Shown here piece by piece: positions 14,301 to 27,489 of a stretch of 64,000 nt of DNA. The stretch is from NCBI GenBank assembly GCA_030141605.1, contig JAQGDQ010000785.1, forward strand, positions 31,970 to 95,969. The letters run 5' to 3'. The position numbers and the translations under genes were made by a program. This stretch comes from Tubiluchus corallicola (Eukaryota; Animalia; Priapulida). A model generated the notes under the pieces. That model did no database searches. It saw only the letters and a list, made by a program, of their open reading frames with translations, and had not been told where the DNA came from. Within the stretch, counting starts at the first letter, position 1. Every line of letters starts with the position of its first letter.

Positions 14301-17300
14301 ATACACGTGGTTACACTGATGTATATGATGAAAACAAAGTGACGGCCTGCCAACTAGCGGTCAGCTTGTGAAATAATTTACAGGGTCCGTAAAAATTTTC
14401 TCAACGAATTTACGCGATTTACAAAAGTGGCACCACTGTTCTTCCAAAAACTCTGAATTCCGTGTATCCAAGGAAAATTCTCATGCTATTTATTTAGTTC
14501 AATAGAAAAATCCGCTTAGTATAGAAAAGTTAATAATATTTCAATTAGTAATTTTCACCTGAGCGAAAGTCGAAGTAAAGATAAGCGAGTTTTCTGGTCC
14601 ATATTATCAATGTCGGCTAAACGCTTTTCCACATTGGCAAAAAAGGCAAAAGCATCGGCCATCTTTGTTTCCACTACGTCAACTTTCAATGTTCTGTGCT
14701 GAGATAATTGCTGCAAACAGATACACGTTTTTTTGAAAACAATTCCTATAGCTAAAACCTGTTAACCCATTTGCTCACAATGCAAAGCAAGAATTTGAAA
14801 AGGCAAATTAATCAACAATGACATTTAACATGGTTTAGCTTAAAAAAACTAAATGTTTAAGCCTGTATTCACCTTGTATTTTAAGATCTCACGAGAAAGA
14901 AATGTAAAAAGTATAAAACAGTATGTACCAGTCTATATACACGACCACAGTTGCAAATAAACAGATTGACAATATCTAACCGAAATACAAAATTTTTTCA
15001 TAAATATCATTAGTTTGGTAATCTCAGTTAAATGGGTTGAGTTTCATTCATAATACAACTGACAAAAACTACAATTTAAAAAGTTTGATAGGACTGAGAA
15101 GATAATTACCTCATCTAGTAAAAGTACAGTTTTAATAGACAGTAGCCAAATGCTTAGACTGTTTAAACATGTAGTAAGACACAGCTAAATGAATTCAAAT
15201 CTTAATTCTGGTAAGCAAAAAGTGCTTAAAGGACAAGAAAAAGGTACCTGAAGTAAGTTTCAGAAAAATCGCCTTAAAAAAATTATAGAACTTTATAGCA
15301 ATTTTATGCGTATGTCTTACTCGCACTGAAAGGAATTTTAGTTTGTTTTCATTTTAAATCTCCCGCAACACTGTTCCGAAGTCACCATTACATGACGTCA
15401 TGTACCAAACGTAAACCAAGGGAAGAAAAGGCAATGTTAAATTATGTCTCAAAAGACTTTCTTTGCAAATCTATTTTACTCAGATTTTCACTTACCTGCT
15501 AGAAAGACTTATGTAACTAGAAAAGAAAATTATTAATTATTTAAAATGTTTTCACCAATTGGTAAAATGTCGCTGACTCATCCTCCAGGGTGCACCACTC
15601 ACTAACCAAAAAACGTTTTTTTAATCTTATTGACAAGATACAGTAATTTTAATTTTTTTTTAAATCTTGTGCGCTACGAATGCCCTGATTATTTTTTCAA
15701 ACTTTACAAAATGTTATCTAAACTTGTTTCAAATGACCTGTCGTGAAAATGGCTGCGTCTAACGGTCATCGCGGGAGTTTAAATTTACATGTTTTATACA
15801 GCGTTACTGCCGATTGAAGTCCTGCGTGCAAAAAGCCAGTATGTAAGCGATATAACATTTCAAAACGAATTTTTCAAGCTTTATGTTTCTGAAGGGTTTT
15901 CTTGTGCTTTAAATCAAATCCATATGAATAATACTGTAAAAACTTGTAGTATAATTTTACTTACACGAATCTCTGGTATGAGTTCCGGAAAGCTATCACG
16001 TAAGTAGGAGTAATGACTGATGGTAAAATCATGAAACAATGGTATCATTGTTGCACAGTGTTGCGCAGCATTGAATACCAAAACCAGTGTGCTAATATCT
16101 AAACAATGCGTAAACGAAAATAACAGTACAAAAATGCCTTTGCTTTTTATCACATGTATCACTAAATGGCAGAATATACTATATAATCCCAAGTGCTAAA
16201 TTCAAGATGCACTGTGCCCAATGTACCTTGGTTATTCATGTTCATATACTGTATGGATAAAATGTCATTATGTAGGTGCCTGAGTGGCAAGGATTTTACT
16301 GAAATTGAATTTACAAACCGAAACCGAAACTCATGAAACATAGAAAACCGATACGGAAACAAAACCGAACCGAAACATTTTTGCAAAACCAATTACTATC
16401 AGAACTGAAAAAAAAAGAAAATTTTAAAATAAGTAAAATATTTTGTTTCTTGTTTGTTTGGTTTTATTTACTGTGATGCAAAATTATTGATAAAAAATTC
16501 TAATACAAAAAGTACGAGGAAGTTTTATAGTGTTGAACCTCAATTTTGATAGAGTGGCTTACCTTAGAAAATGTGTTATAATGTTTTTTGATTTAAGTAT
16601 CATTAATGATTGATGTTTAAAGATCATAATGCTTCATTGAAAGTAAATCAAATTTTATTTCGTAGATATTTTGTTGCCTATATTTCATAAAATATAAAAC
16701 TAAACGCAATTTTGCTCAAGTAAATTCAAACGTGGTTTGATATTTCGGTTGATTGGGTCTGGAGACCCTAAAACTTTACAGTCATCAGCACTGAAGATAC
16801 GCCACATTGCCAATAAAAGTACATTGCAAATTGTTACATAAACAAAATTTTCTCTTTATGCGTACTAATTTAGCCATAATTTTTCAGCGATTTTTGACAA
16901 CTGGGAAAAAAGAAAAAGTAAATTGGATGAATACTAGTAAACCTCAGAAAAATGCAATCAAAAATTATCCGAAATTTTGGCTACCAAATTTAATGAAACA
17001 GAAAGTGCAATTATCGGTAAATTGAAACAAAATTCAACATCCCTGCTAGGTGGCCCACTCTGTAAAACCTCTACCTTTTATTCTAAAGTATAGCAGTGGA
17101 TACAAACTAGTATTAATGTTTCGTGTCACACCATAAAAATACCAGTAGTTTAAATTCGAATCTTCTTGAATTACATTTCTGGTGAAATATCTTTGACTCT
17201 TATTAGCTAAATTCTCGCACGCTTTGCTTTCAACAAATCAGGTTTTGTCTCGGCTCTGACTCTGACTCTGACATGTACACTAGTTTGGGAAGGTTATAAA

Positions 17301-20300
17301 GGGAAGGTCAACGCATGCTGTCCTTTGAGTTGCATTGGTTACTAAGATAAGGAGAGGTGGTTTGTCTTCGTGTCAATGCTCTCTTCTGACCAAGCTTAGA
17401 GTTTTCCTGCTACCACCTGAGGGGAGTTAGGTAGAGTTCTTCTTGGTTCATGTCTGTGTCATGCTTTTTGTTCTAATTAACCTAGCTATATTTCTTTCAA
17501 CTAAATTTAACAAACAATAATAGCCAACAGTGTTATTCAATTCAACTGTGCTTTATTCTCGTTATGTAGAAATCATTATTACGCTGCCCTGGCCCCACTT
17601 CTGCAGGCCCAAACCATCACCAGATGGCGTGGTTCCCCTAGCAGTTCAATATATTATGCAGTAAAAAATAAAAATGCGAATTATATAAGGATACACGCAG
17701 GATCGTCCATATCAGGTTCTGTAGAATCAAAGTACGGATGACTAGCAAGTAACTCCGGAATTAACGGCAGGGTAAGACTTGCATGAGCTTTACCAACGTT
17801 CTTCAAGCACCTAGAAATGTGAGATTATTTTTACATGGTTAATTTAACTATTTCTTGCCGATGTGGCTGTGTGTTATGCTAATACAGTAACATCTATTCT
17901 GACTGTTTGCAGCTTTGAGCAAAAGGTCATCACATTTCCGCATTTAGGACTAAATAATTTGAACAATTACACAGCAAAAATTAATGATTCTTTCAAAATC
18001 ACTTTTCAAGTTGTTATTGAGTTACTCTGATTTAAATTTAATTTTATTGAGTTACTCTGATTTAAATTTAATTTTACTGAGTTACTCTGATTTAAATTTA
18101 ATTTTATGGAGTTACTACAATTTAAATTTAATTTTATTGAGTTACTCTGATTTAAATTTAATTTTATTGAGTTACTCTGATTTAAATTTAATTTTATTGA
18201 GTTAGTCTGATTTAAATTTAATTTTATTGAGTTACTCTGAATTTAGACACACACAGAAAACTATGGATCAGAACCAAATAGCATCAATAGGTCTGCATTT
18301 GACACAATAGAAAGGTGTTTATTTTACTACAGAAGCATAAGCAGAATGAACTAGACCTACACAGACGTGCACAGGCTTAACAACATCCATTAATGGGAGC
18401 AGACTAACAGGCATGCAATCACTGCACCATATAATTATACTGAAGGTAAGTCAGTTAGTAGAATGCTACAAGATTAGCACCTAGATGGCAGCACCTTACT
18501 ACAATGTACATATAACAACTTCCACGCATTCAGTTGAATAGAAATAAATTCATTAGACTCGCTACGAATTTTGAAATGCTCTACAGTGAAATGTGTTACA
18601 AGGTGTTGACCATTCACCTTCACAGATTTTTAGCTTTAGACATTTATTGCGAAAAGTCATGTGTAAGAATTACATACTTCCATACTGATATACGATCCTG
18701 AGGATATCTCGTTAGATTAGCAAGGAGCTGGTGAATACACATCCTTATGCATTCCGTTGTACTTAAAGTAGAAGCACCCAGTAATTCATGAATACCTTCC
18801 CGTATCTCATATGAACTGTCCTACAAAAATAAAAATCAGATTGTTTATTGTTTTTAAAATGCTGTTTATTATCTTTATCATATTTTCTTCAGATTTGGGA
18901 ACAAATTACCATATATACTTATGTACAAGTCGATGTGCATTTTGAGACCGAAAATTGCACCATTTTATATGTTACCTGTGTACACGTCGACCATAAAATA
19001 TTAAGATTTTCCAGAGTAAATGATGTCAATAATTCCTTCCCATTTGAAGAAAAAATAATTTACTAAAATTAATAGCTCTGCGTATTTGTGTTTTATATAC
19101 GCGTGTATGCGTATTGGTTAATTTATAAGCCCAAACTTAGAAAAGCCCTGGAAATCGTGCAGAAATTCACATTGTTTCAAAAAGAATGCCCAGCCTCCGC
19201 ACGCATACGTGGCTAAAAACCAGCAAAGGGTGAGCTCGAAAACTAAATTTAATAAATTTAAGCAATGATTAGTGAATGGACAGATGACCACAGGGTTCAA
19301 CATTCTTTCTGGTCGTTCTTATTCGTACAGTAATTCTGGTTATTTCTCCTTTTAATGTAAACGTACAGTGCAGTGCACCACGTAGTCCAATGTCTTGTCT
19401 TAACTATTTAGTTTTAATAATGAACTATGTTCTGGTCCCATCACAACTGCGTGCATTAAGCAGGTATGCCACTGAGTGCTCAATTCTAATTTGCCCTGTG
19501 CCGAAGCTCGTAAAAAAATACATCATAAAGATCTTCCGCCCTCTGCAGCCGTGCTGCTACTAAGCACAAAACATTGGTTAGTTTTCATTATTGCAAAATG
19601 TAAAAGAACTGAGATACGTTCCAGAGGCAAAAATCACTGCTGCTTAAATCATATAAATTAAAAGTTTTATGGGTTTTGCTCAAGTTTCTATTGATTAATT
19701 TCTTTCTGTTTGCTTGAAACCACCTATATGTTTTACTAACCTAGCTAGCAGTTTCTCTTTCATTAACATTTAAGTCTAGGCAGCGGTTAAACAATAAACA
19801 CTGCAGCAGAGTCAAAGCCAAGTGCTGGGCGACCTTGGGAATTTTATCTAGTCTGGTTACTATAGCAACAGGTTGCACGCAAAATTCCTTGTTTCCAGGT
19901 CTAACTTGATACAAATGACTAGCGTTTAGTGGTCAGTCTTGAAGCAAAAAAACGTACATTTGTATAATAATTGCACTGCTTACTTTACTAGTGCATTTTT
20001 AGAACAATACGTTCTGTTTTAATGTATTAAATTAGTTAGAAAAGCTGCTGATAAATCAAAAATTTGATTCGAGCAAAGTAAAAAATTGTTGTTAAAATGA
20101 AACAGTGCGTTACTAAGTGAAAAAAGGTGTAGAATAATCAGCGTCCTTAAAATGAAACGTCGCTAAACAGGGAGTCATTAAGCGAGGATTTACTGTACTA
20201 GATCTACAAACCTGCAACACGGCTAGGACTAGATCTACAAACCTGCAACACGGCTAGAACAGTCTCTAACTGATCTTCACGCAACACAATGTGAGCCACC

Positions 20301-23300
20301 AACTTGAGTAGACAGTTAATCAAGCAGGCGTACAGATTCTACTGTACTAGATCTACAAACCTGCAACACGGCTAGGACTAGATCTACAAACCTGCAACAC
20401 GGCTAGCACAGTCTCTAACTGATCTTCACGCAACACAATGTGAGCCACCAACTTGAGTAGACAGTTAATGGCAAGCAAGCGTACAGATTCTATTTCATCA
20501 TTGAACATGTCGACGAGGAAATCCAGACTTTTCACGGCAAAATCAGCGTGAACGTGCGCAAGCTCACACATAGACATCACAGCTGCACTACGAGCTTCTA
20601 CAAGTGTAAAAAAGTATCAATATAATTTCCGTAAACAATGACAACAAATAACAACAAACTGCATCCCCTTAAAGGCCCATATGTCTAGCATTTTTCTCGT
20701 TGTCAAAATAAAAATGCCCATAAAAAACATTAATCGCAGCGAGAGGCGATATTGCACTTTTAAACGCTCACGAAAACAGCTAACACTGTAGCAAGAAAAA
20801 AGCTTTTGCACTGGAAGTAGATGCCTCTAAATTTATAGCAGAAACTTGAAGCAATAAGGCTAACCTTGCATGCGCTTTGCTGCACGCAACCACAAGTTGA
20901 AGATTACTGATATTACCTGTCCTACAAGCACAAGTATGGCAGCATAAGCGATATTTTCGCGAATTTCTGAAGATTTTAATAGAAATCCCTGAAATTCTTT
21001 AAAAAAATTATAACTATTTAGGTAATTAAACTATTTAGTATATTTTTCCTACCGACTCTAATGTTTTCGCAATCGGCAGATGTACACAAAGAAAAATAGA
21101 AACACAAAAGGTGCAAAATCCGATAAATATTTTTGCCAGAACAAGATGCATCAAAATGACTGGATCCCGTACATCTCTGGTATATTTTAGTATATATCTC
21201 AATTCCACTGCTTTCTTTGCAACATCCTGCATTATTGGGCAATAATTTCATCACTTGCAGCTGCTCATACTTTTACTGTTTTAACATTTGTTAACTTGTT
21301 TGAAGTATTTTCATCAATTTAAAAATTTAACATAATTTTAACTACTCCACTACCTAAGAATTCGTCTTCGAGGCCGTGTACAAAAGCACCACAAGCACCG
21401 GTGTTTATCACCGTTACACTTTCGGCACTGAGTAACTCCATGGGAGCATCGGAAGCCCACTTGTTACCGGTGGCCCACTCGCCCTTCTCAAAGTGCTTCT
21501 TTTGTCTTTCGTGTGCTCCAGCTTTCCTCTAAAACATGATTCATTGTTACAAAAAGAAATAAGAATTATACAAAAGTAATAGTACATCCCAATAACATAT
21601 ACGAGATTATAAGGTTGTTGTATCATTATTGTCAATTTCAGTCACTGGGCTTCCTTAGTATGTAAAAACTACATGACAATACTGTATTGTTATTGTCAAT
21701 TTCAGTCACTGGGCTTCCTTAGTATGTAAAAACTACATGACAATAATGTATTGTTATTGTCAATTTCAGTCACTGGGCTTCCTTAGTATGTAACAACTGC
21801 ATGACAATACTGTATTGTTATTGTCAATTTCAGTCACTGGGCTTCCTTAGTATGTAAAAACTGCATGACAATACTGTATTGTTATTGTCAATTTCGGTCA
21901 CTGGGTTTCCTTAGTATGTAAAAACTGCATGACAATACTGTATTGTTATTGTCAATTTCAGTCACTGGGCTTCCTTAGTATGTAAAAACTGCATGACAAT
22001 ACTGTATTGTTATTGTCCATTTCAGTCACTGGGTTACCATAGTGTCTAAACACTGCATGACAATAAGGTATCGTCATTACCTCGGACAGTTAAAGTTTGT
22101 TGTACTTTCAAAGTTAAGCACAGCTCAGCGAATCCAACTAAAACAGGCAATAGCGCCTTTTTGAAATATTAGCATGGCCGCCAAGTAGGAGCTGTACCGT
22201 GAAAAGGATGATCATGAACTGCAGCGTTATATCAGTGTGATGTAGAGCTTATTCTCGTGGCATTACATCAGCATCTTATAGCAATCTTCGCTTAAGCAAA
22301 CATGTTTGATGTGCAAGGAAGATGCCTACTATAGTTTGTGGCAAGCGATAGCTATGTTCGGTTGCCGTTAATTAACTTTCCAAGCTAATTTTTCAAATAT
22401 TAGAAATAATTGCTAACTTTTATATGCAAGAAAATGTATATTTTGGACAGTAAATTAAAATGAGATTGAGTGTAATCAGTCGTCCGATTTTCTTATAACT
22501 GTTAAAAATGGAATGACATTGAAAATTGCACCACAAACAAACACTTACCCTCATATTAGACATGAGTTTCTTATCCAAAGTTTGTTCCAGAAATTTGCTG
22601 CTAACTTGATGCATTGAACCCAACAATCTAGCAGCTTCAGCTCTAACTTTCATGCTGGTGTCGTTTAACATAAAACAAATCTTTGCAAAACCGTCATCAA
22701 CTAGCCGAATGGATTCTTTATCAGGTGCTTCAACCATCCTGCAAACATGACTTAAGCATAATGTCAACCATCCTGCAAACACGACTTAAGCATAATGTCA
22801 ACCATCCTGCAAACGTGACTTAAGCATAATGTCAACCATCCTGCAAACACGACTTAAGCATAATGTCAACCATCCTGCAAACACGACTTAAGCATAATGT
22901 CAACCATCCTGCAAACATGACTTAAGCATAATGTCAACCATCCTGCAAACACGACTTAAGCATAATGTCAACCATCCTGCAAACGTGACTTAAGCATAAT
23001 GTCAACCATCCTGCAAACACGACTTAAGCATAATGTCAACCATCCTGCAAACACGACTTAAGCATAATGTCAACCATCCTGCAAACACGACTTAAGCATA
23101 ATGTAATAAGTAATTACTGTATTCTACAAGAAAAAGTCATTTTAATTAACAACAGGGAAACTTAGAGTTGAGAAATAGGAAAGATGCTAAAGTGCCCAAC
23201 ATTTCATTTTTGGAATGAAGTTTGGAATTTAAGAGATCTTATTCATCTATGTAGAGAGTTTATAAAAAAGACCCACAGAACTTCTTCTAAAGGTCTTGCG

Positions 23301-26300
23301 AAACACCAAACCAAACATTTTTAAGTTGGCTCATAAAAATTTCAGCAATCATTTTAAAAACTGAGTAAGTGGTTTTAAATATCACCAACAGGAGTAACAA
23401 TAAGTGACCAATGAACGAGCCTATAATGACCACTGACAAGCAGATGACCGGAATGGCACTGGACACCTAAAGAACGCGGATTTTCGTTTTCCGTTTCTCC
23501 CAGTGACCTTAATTCGATAAATAAACCATCACTAAAAAATAGGTCAAGATTTTCAACTTGACACGTGCATTGTTGCAAATGATAAAACTAGTAATAATAT
23601 ATGCGAAAAAAACTCAACGGAATATCTTAAAGTTTGTGAGGTCAATTTTTTGCAATTTAGATTAGATTAGATATTGTTACCCTAAACCTCTACACAGGTG
23701 TCTCTTTTCTGTAATAAAGATGAGCTATTTTTAACAATCAGTTTTAACACCTTTCAGGATAGGTTTGCGTCATCTTCCAGAAAAGTTTCATGGCAGCGAG
23801 TCTAACGCCCTCGTAGCTGTCGGACAGGGAGCGGCCGGCTTGTTCGTAAGCGTTCGTGTGTAGTTCAATTCCCCGATCATGTAGGTTGAGCTAAAAGTAA
23901 GAATGCATAGTTAAAAACTGTACCATGAAATACGAGATAAGTGGGCAAATTCATCAGTCAGTCAGTGGCGGCTCGTGTGCAGGCACTGTGAAACTGCAGC
24001 ACCCCCTATTTTTACCCGATATTAAAAAGCCAAAAAGTTAATTTGCCAACTAAATCTGTCTTGTCTTCGTATCACAGTGATTATATTTTTAGCAAGATGC
24101 AATGCACACAGTAAAATGTACATTCAATACTCGGTGATAGACATACTGGATGTAGAGGGTTGTGGCAAAACTGGAACCTATCTCATCAACGATAATACTC
24201 TAGAACAGAGACATTGCCGATTACTAAGCTAATGCAGTAGGTGCAGTGTATTAGACTCATGGTAATGTAGAATCAATCACCTAACTGTCTAAAAATGTCT
24301 AATATGGGCTGCTCCTAGGCAAAAAAACTGTCGACAATTGACTCAAATAAATAGCTTGGCATAATTGACTCTAAACCACTTCCACACGTTGATTAAACCA
24401 CTAAATGCGCCGATATACAAGCGGCACAAGAGACGATACATGTTGTTTGGATGTAAGCAAAGTGATGGCCTGGCAACTAGCGATCAGCTTGCGAAATAAT
24501 GGACGGTGTCATAGCATAGAGGACTTTTTAACGGTCCAGATTTTGTCTGATTCTTCCAATATCCATAAAAGCGAGGTCCGGCAGACCGAGATACGAGTGT
24601 ATTGATGTGGTTTTGATAAAGAGACACAATTTGGTACACAATTTCTCAAAACTTATTTTTCTACGTCTATTTAATAGTTAAATGCTCGAATACTATGTGG
24701 AGGGATTCAAATTTCGAATTCTACACATACCAACGCTTGAAATGCACTGCTTCTGACCCTGGGATCCTGATCTTCAGTCAGTTCACCTAGCAACGTGTGC
24801 ACGGTAGAAAACTGCTCTTGCGAACTGTGTGCGGAAACCAAGTCTGCAATGAGTTCGATGCAGCGAATCCGAACTAGATGATCGTTCACTGTAAGATACT
24901 AAATACATAATCCACATATTAGAAAATACAACCACATGAATTAGAGTTACCAGTGGTGACTATCAAGCAATTATAATTTTTAACTCTTTCGCTACTTTGC
25001 ACTAGTCTTCGGATAGACTTGAATGGCTTAAAGCAAAATCGAACCCAATCTTAAACTGTAGGTCAAACAACCTAAAATATTGAAAGGAAACCTGCTTTTT
25101 TACAAAAATGACTTACATGGAAGAATTACCACCAGACAAATACAATTTTGCATTCGCACCACTAGTTCTTCGCTATTACATGCATTCCGCCATTCACTAG
25201 TAAGACGGGCACTAACGCCTGCATTGCGGAAATGCATTGTAGAAAAACAGGTGCTGTACCTCTCGGTTCAAATGTGTTCATTTCTGACATACTGCACACG
25301 TCGACAACTCATGCGTGAGCACAGAGGTAAATTTGAAGTTTGAATCTTTACCTTAAAACTTGCCTAGTTTTAGTACAACACACTGAATCTCTTACAGTAC
25401 CACTGTACTTCACAAACACGTGCAACACGCTAGTGAAACATTTTTGATGTTGAAATTTATGTTAGTTTGTGATGTCATTAAATTGGGCTAGTGCGCTGTT
25501 AACTGAGCTTTAATCTATTATTTAATTATCAGAAATGTTTTGCAGTATTAACTGTATTAAATGTGTAGTTTTTGCACTTGAAAATGGGGTAGTTGTGATG
25601 ATCGGTTATACCATCCATCATTGTCGCAACACCTATTTTGATATATCTTTCATATGTTGTTGTGTGTGCATAAATAATGATCTAATTACTTTATTGATTT
25701 ATTGCGCTGTTTATTTAAATTTACATTACATTGTGTGTTTTTGTAAGATTTTGACAGTAGATGGCTCTGGCCGCTTATTTCTCTGCTTACCTGTAATTAG
25801 GTTACCTGAAAATTCGAATACCAAATGGCTTCAACCTGTTTTGGGATCTTACTACAGAGTTTGTGTTTTACACTAGTTATGTTCTGACTGTCAAAGTTAC
25901 AGGGTGGTGGAGTTTTGCTGGTTAGTCCACATCCTGAGGTTATTTTATATGGCTGAACACCAAGTTTGGTGTGAACCTGTCTTTAATGGTACTCGTATGC
26001 AGTGAGATGATTTGGCACAAAGACAATGGTTTTGTCTACTTTTGTTTATTCATTGTTTGCTGTGATGACACTGTCTTGACATTCCAAGAAGCAAGTGTTT
26101 GGTAACCATATTTCCACCTGCAGAATAGGACTCAAATTCTCGCCCAATAGTAGTGGAAAACCAGTCGAGAACCAGTTCTACCTGGACCAATGGTCTGTCT
26201 GTTAGTCTGAACTGAAGGTTCTGTTTGTCACCCTGCAAAAAGGACGATATCTGGCTTTATTACTGGGAGTCTGAGGCAACCAGGCAAGAGTTCAATCCCG

Positions 26301-27454
26301 AGGCAACCAGGTACGAGTTCAACCGCTGAATTGCTGGAGCAGTTTTAAAGCGTGGTCCATGCAGAGGCTGGGTTGATGACCACTGGTAAAGAACTGCTGG
26401 CGAGGACGTGGCTGACTGCTGGAGATGAAAAGCTGATGTGGTATGGTTGGAGACTCAAGAGCGTGGTTGATAGATCCGGAAGCCTGATGAGAGACAGAAG
26501 CGTAGCCGGCCAACGTTACTTTTGGGGGAATTAGGTATTGTTCGAAATTGTTATCAATTTAATTTGCTATTGTTGTTTTACTGATTAAATTCTAAATCTA
26601 AATATTAGCTTTTAGTTCCGTTTTCGTTCTGATAAAATAATTTGCACGTGCACACAAGTGTTTCACCAGTGACACGGATTCACGTAGCCTACACAAATGA
26701 ATGATTATCCTGTAGATTTAGCATATAAAAGTGACAGAAACGCTCGAGAACCCTGAACACAGTACTCTGATTTCTTAACGTCCTGACTTAGTTATTACAC
26801 GGCGTCACAGTAGTATATGAAAAATGATTCTGTCTTCATTTAAGCTTAGTTGTACCTCTAGTGCATTAGCTATAATATCAATACATTTCTTCATCACAAT
26901 TAAGTATTTCCTATTATATCCACCCAGTTGCAAAAATTTGGGAAAAAAAGCCCTGATAAAGCAACTGACACGTTTGGTTGAATGCCACTTCAAGAATAAA
27001 GCTTGAGGTCTACAGTACTGTGACTGACTACAGCAAAAACAAACCAACTTTAAAGGTGCTACAAATTTGCACATTTAAGCAGTGAAGCACTGGAATTAGA
27101 TCACAGTAAATCACGAAAATGTATTCAGAAAAAAATAAAATTAGATCTTAGCAAATTATGGAAATACATTCAGTAAAAAATAAAGTTAAAACTCAGTAAA
27201 ATATGAATGCACATTCAGTAAAAACTAATAACTATCAATTTAGAGTTAAAACTACCCACCTTCTTTGCTACTTCCATAAGAGTTTTGTGCAGTTTAGCAT
27301 CATTTGGTGAATGGTTACCAATAAGTAACAAAGTCTGTACAATTTGAGCCAAAACTTTCTCAGAATCTAAAAACAAGAAATTATTTGATTAATAAAAATT
27401 ATTATCGTATATATTAATTCTACTGGTATATATATATATATATATATATATACC

Positions 27455-27489
<35 letters not shown>

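Noticed and set aside
25880-26580. Possible solo LTR or retroelement fragment
   Set aside because: GC-richer with a short internal duplication, but I could not define TG...CA ends, a TSD or coding motifs.
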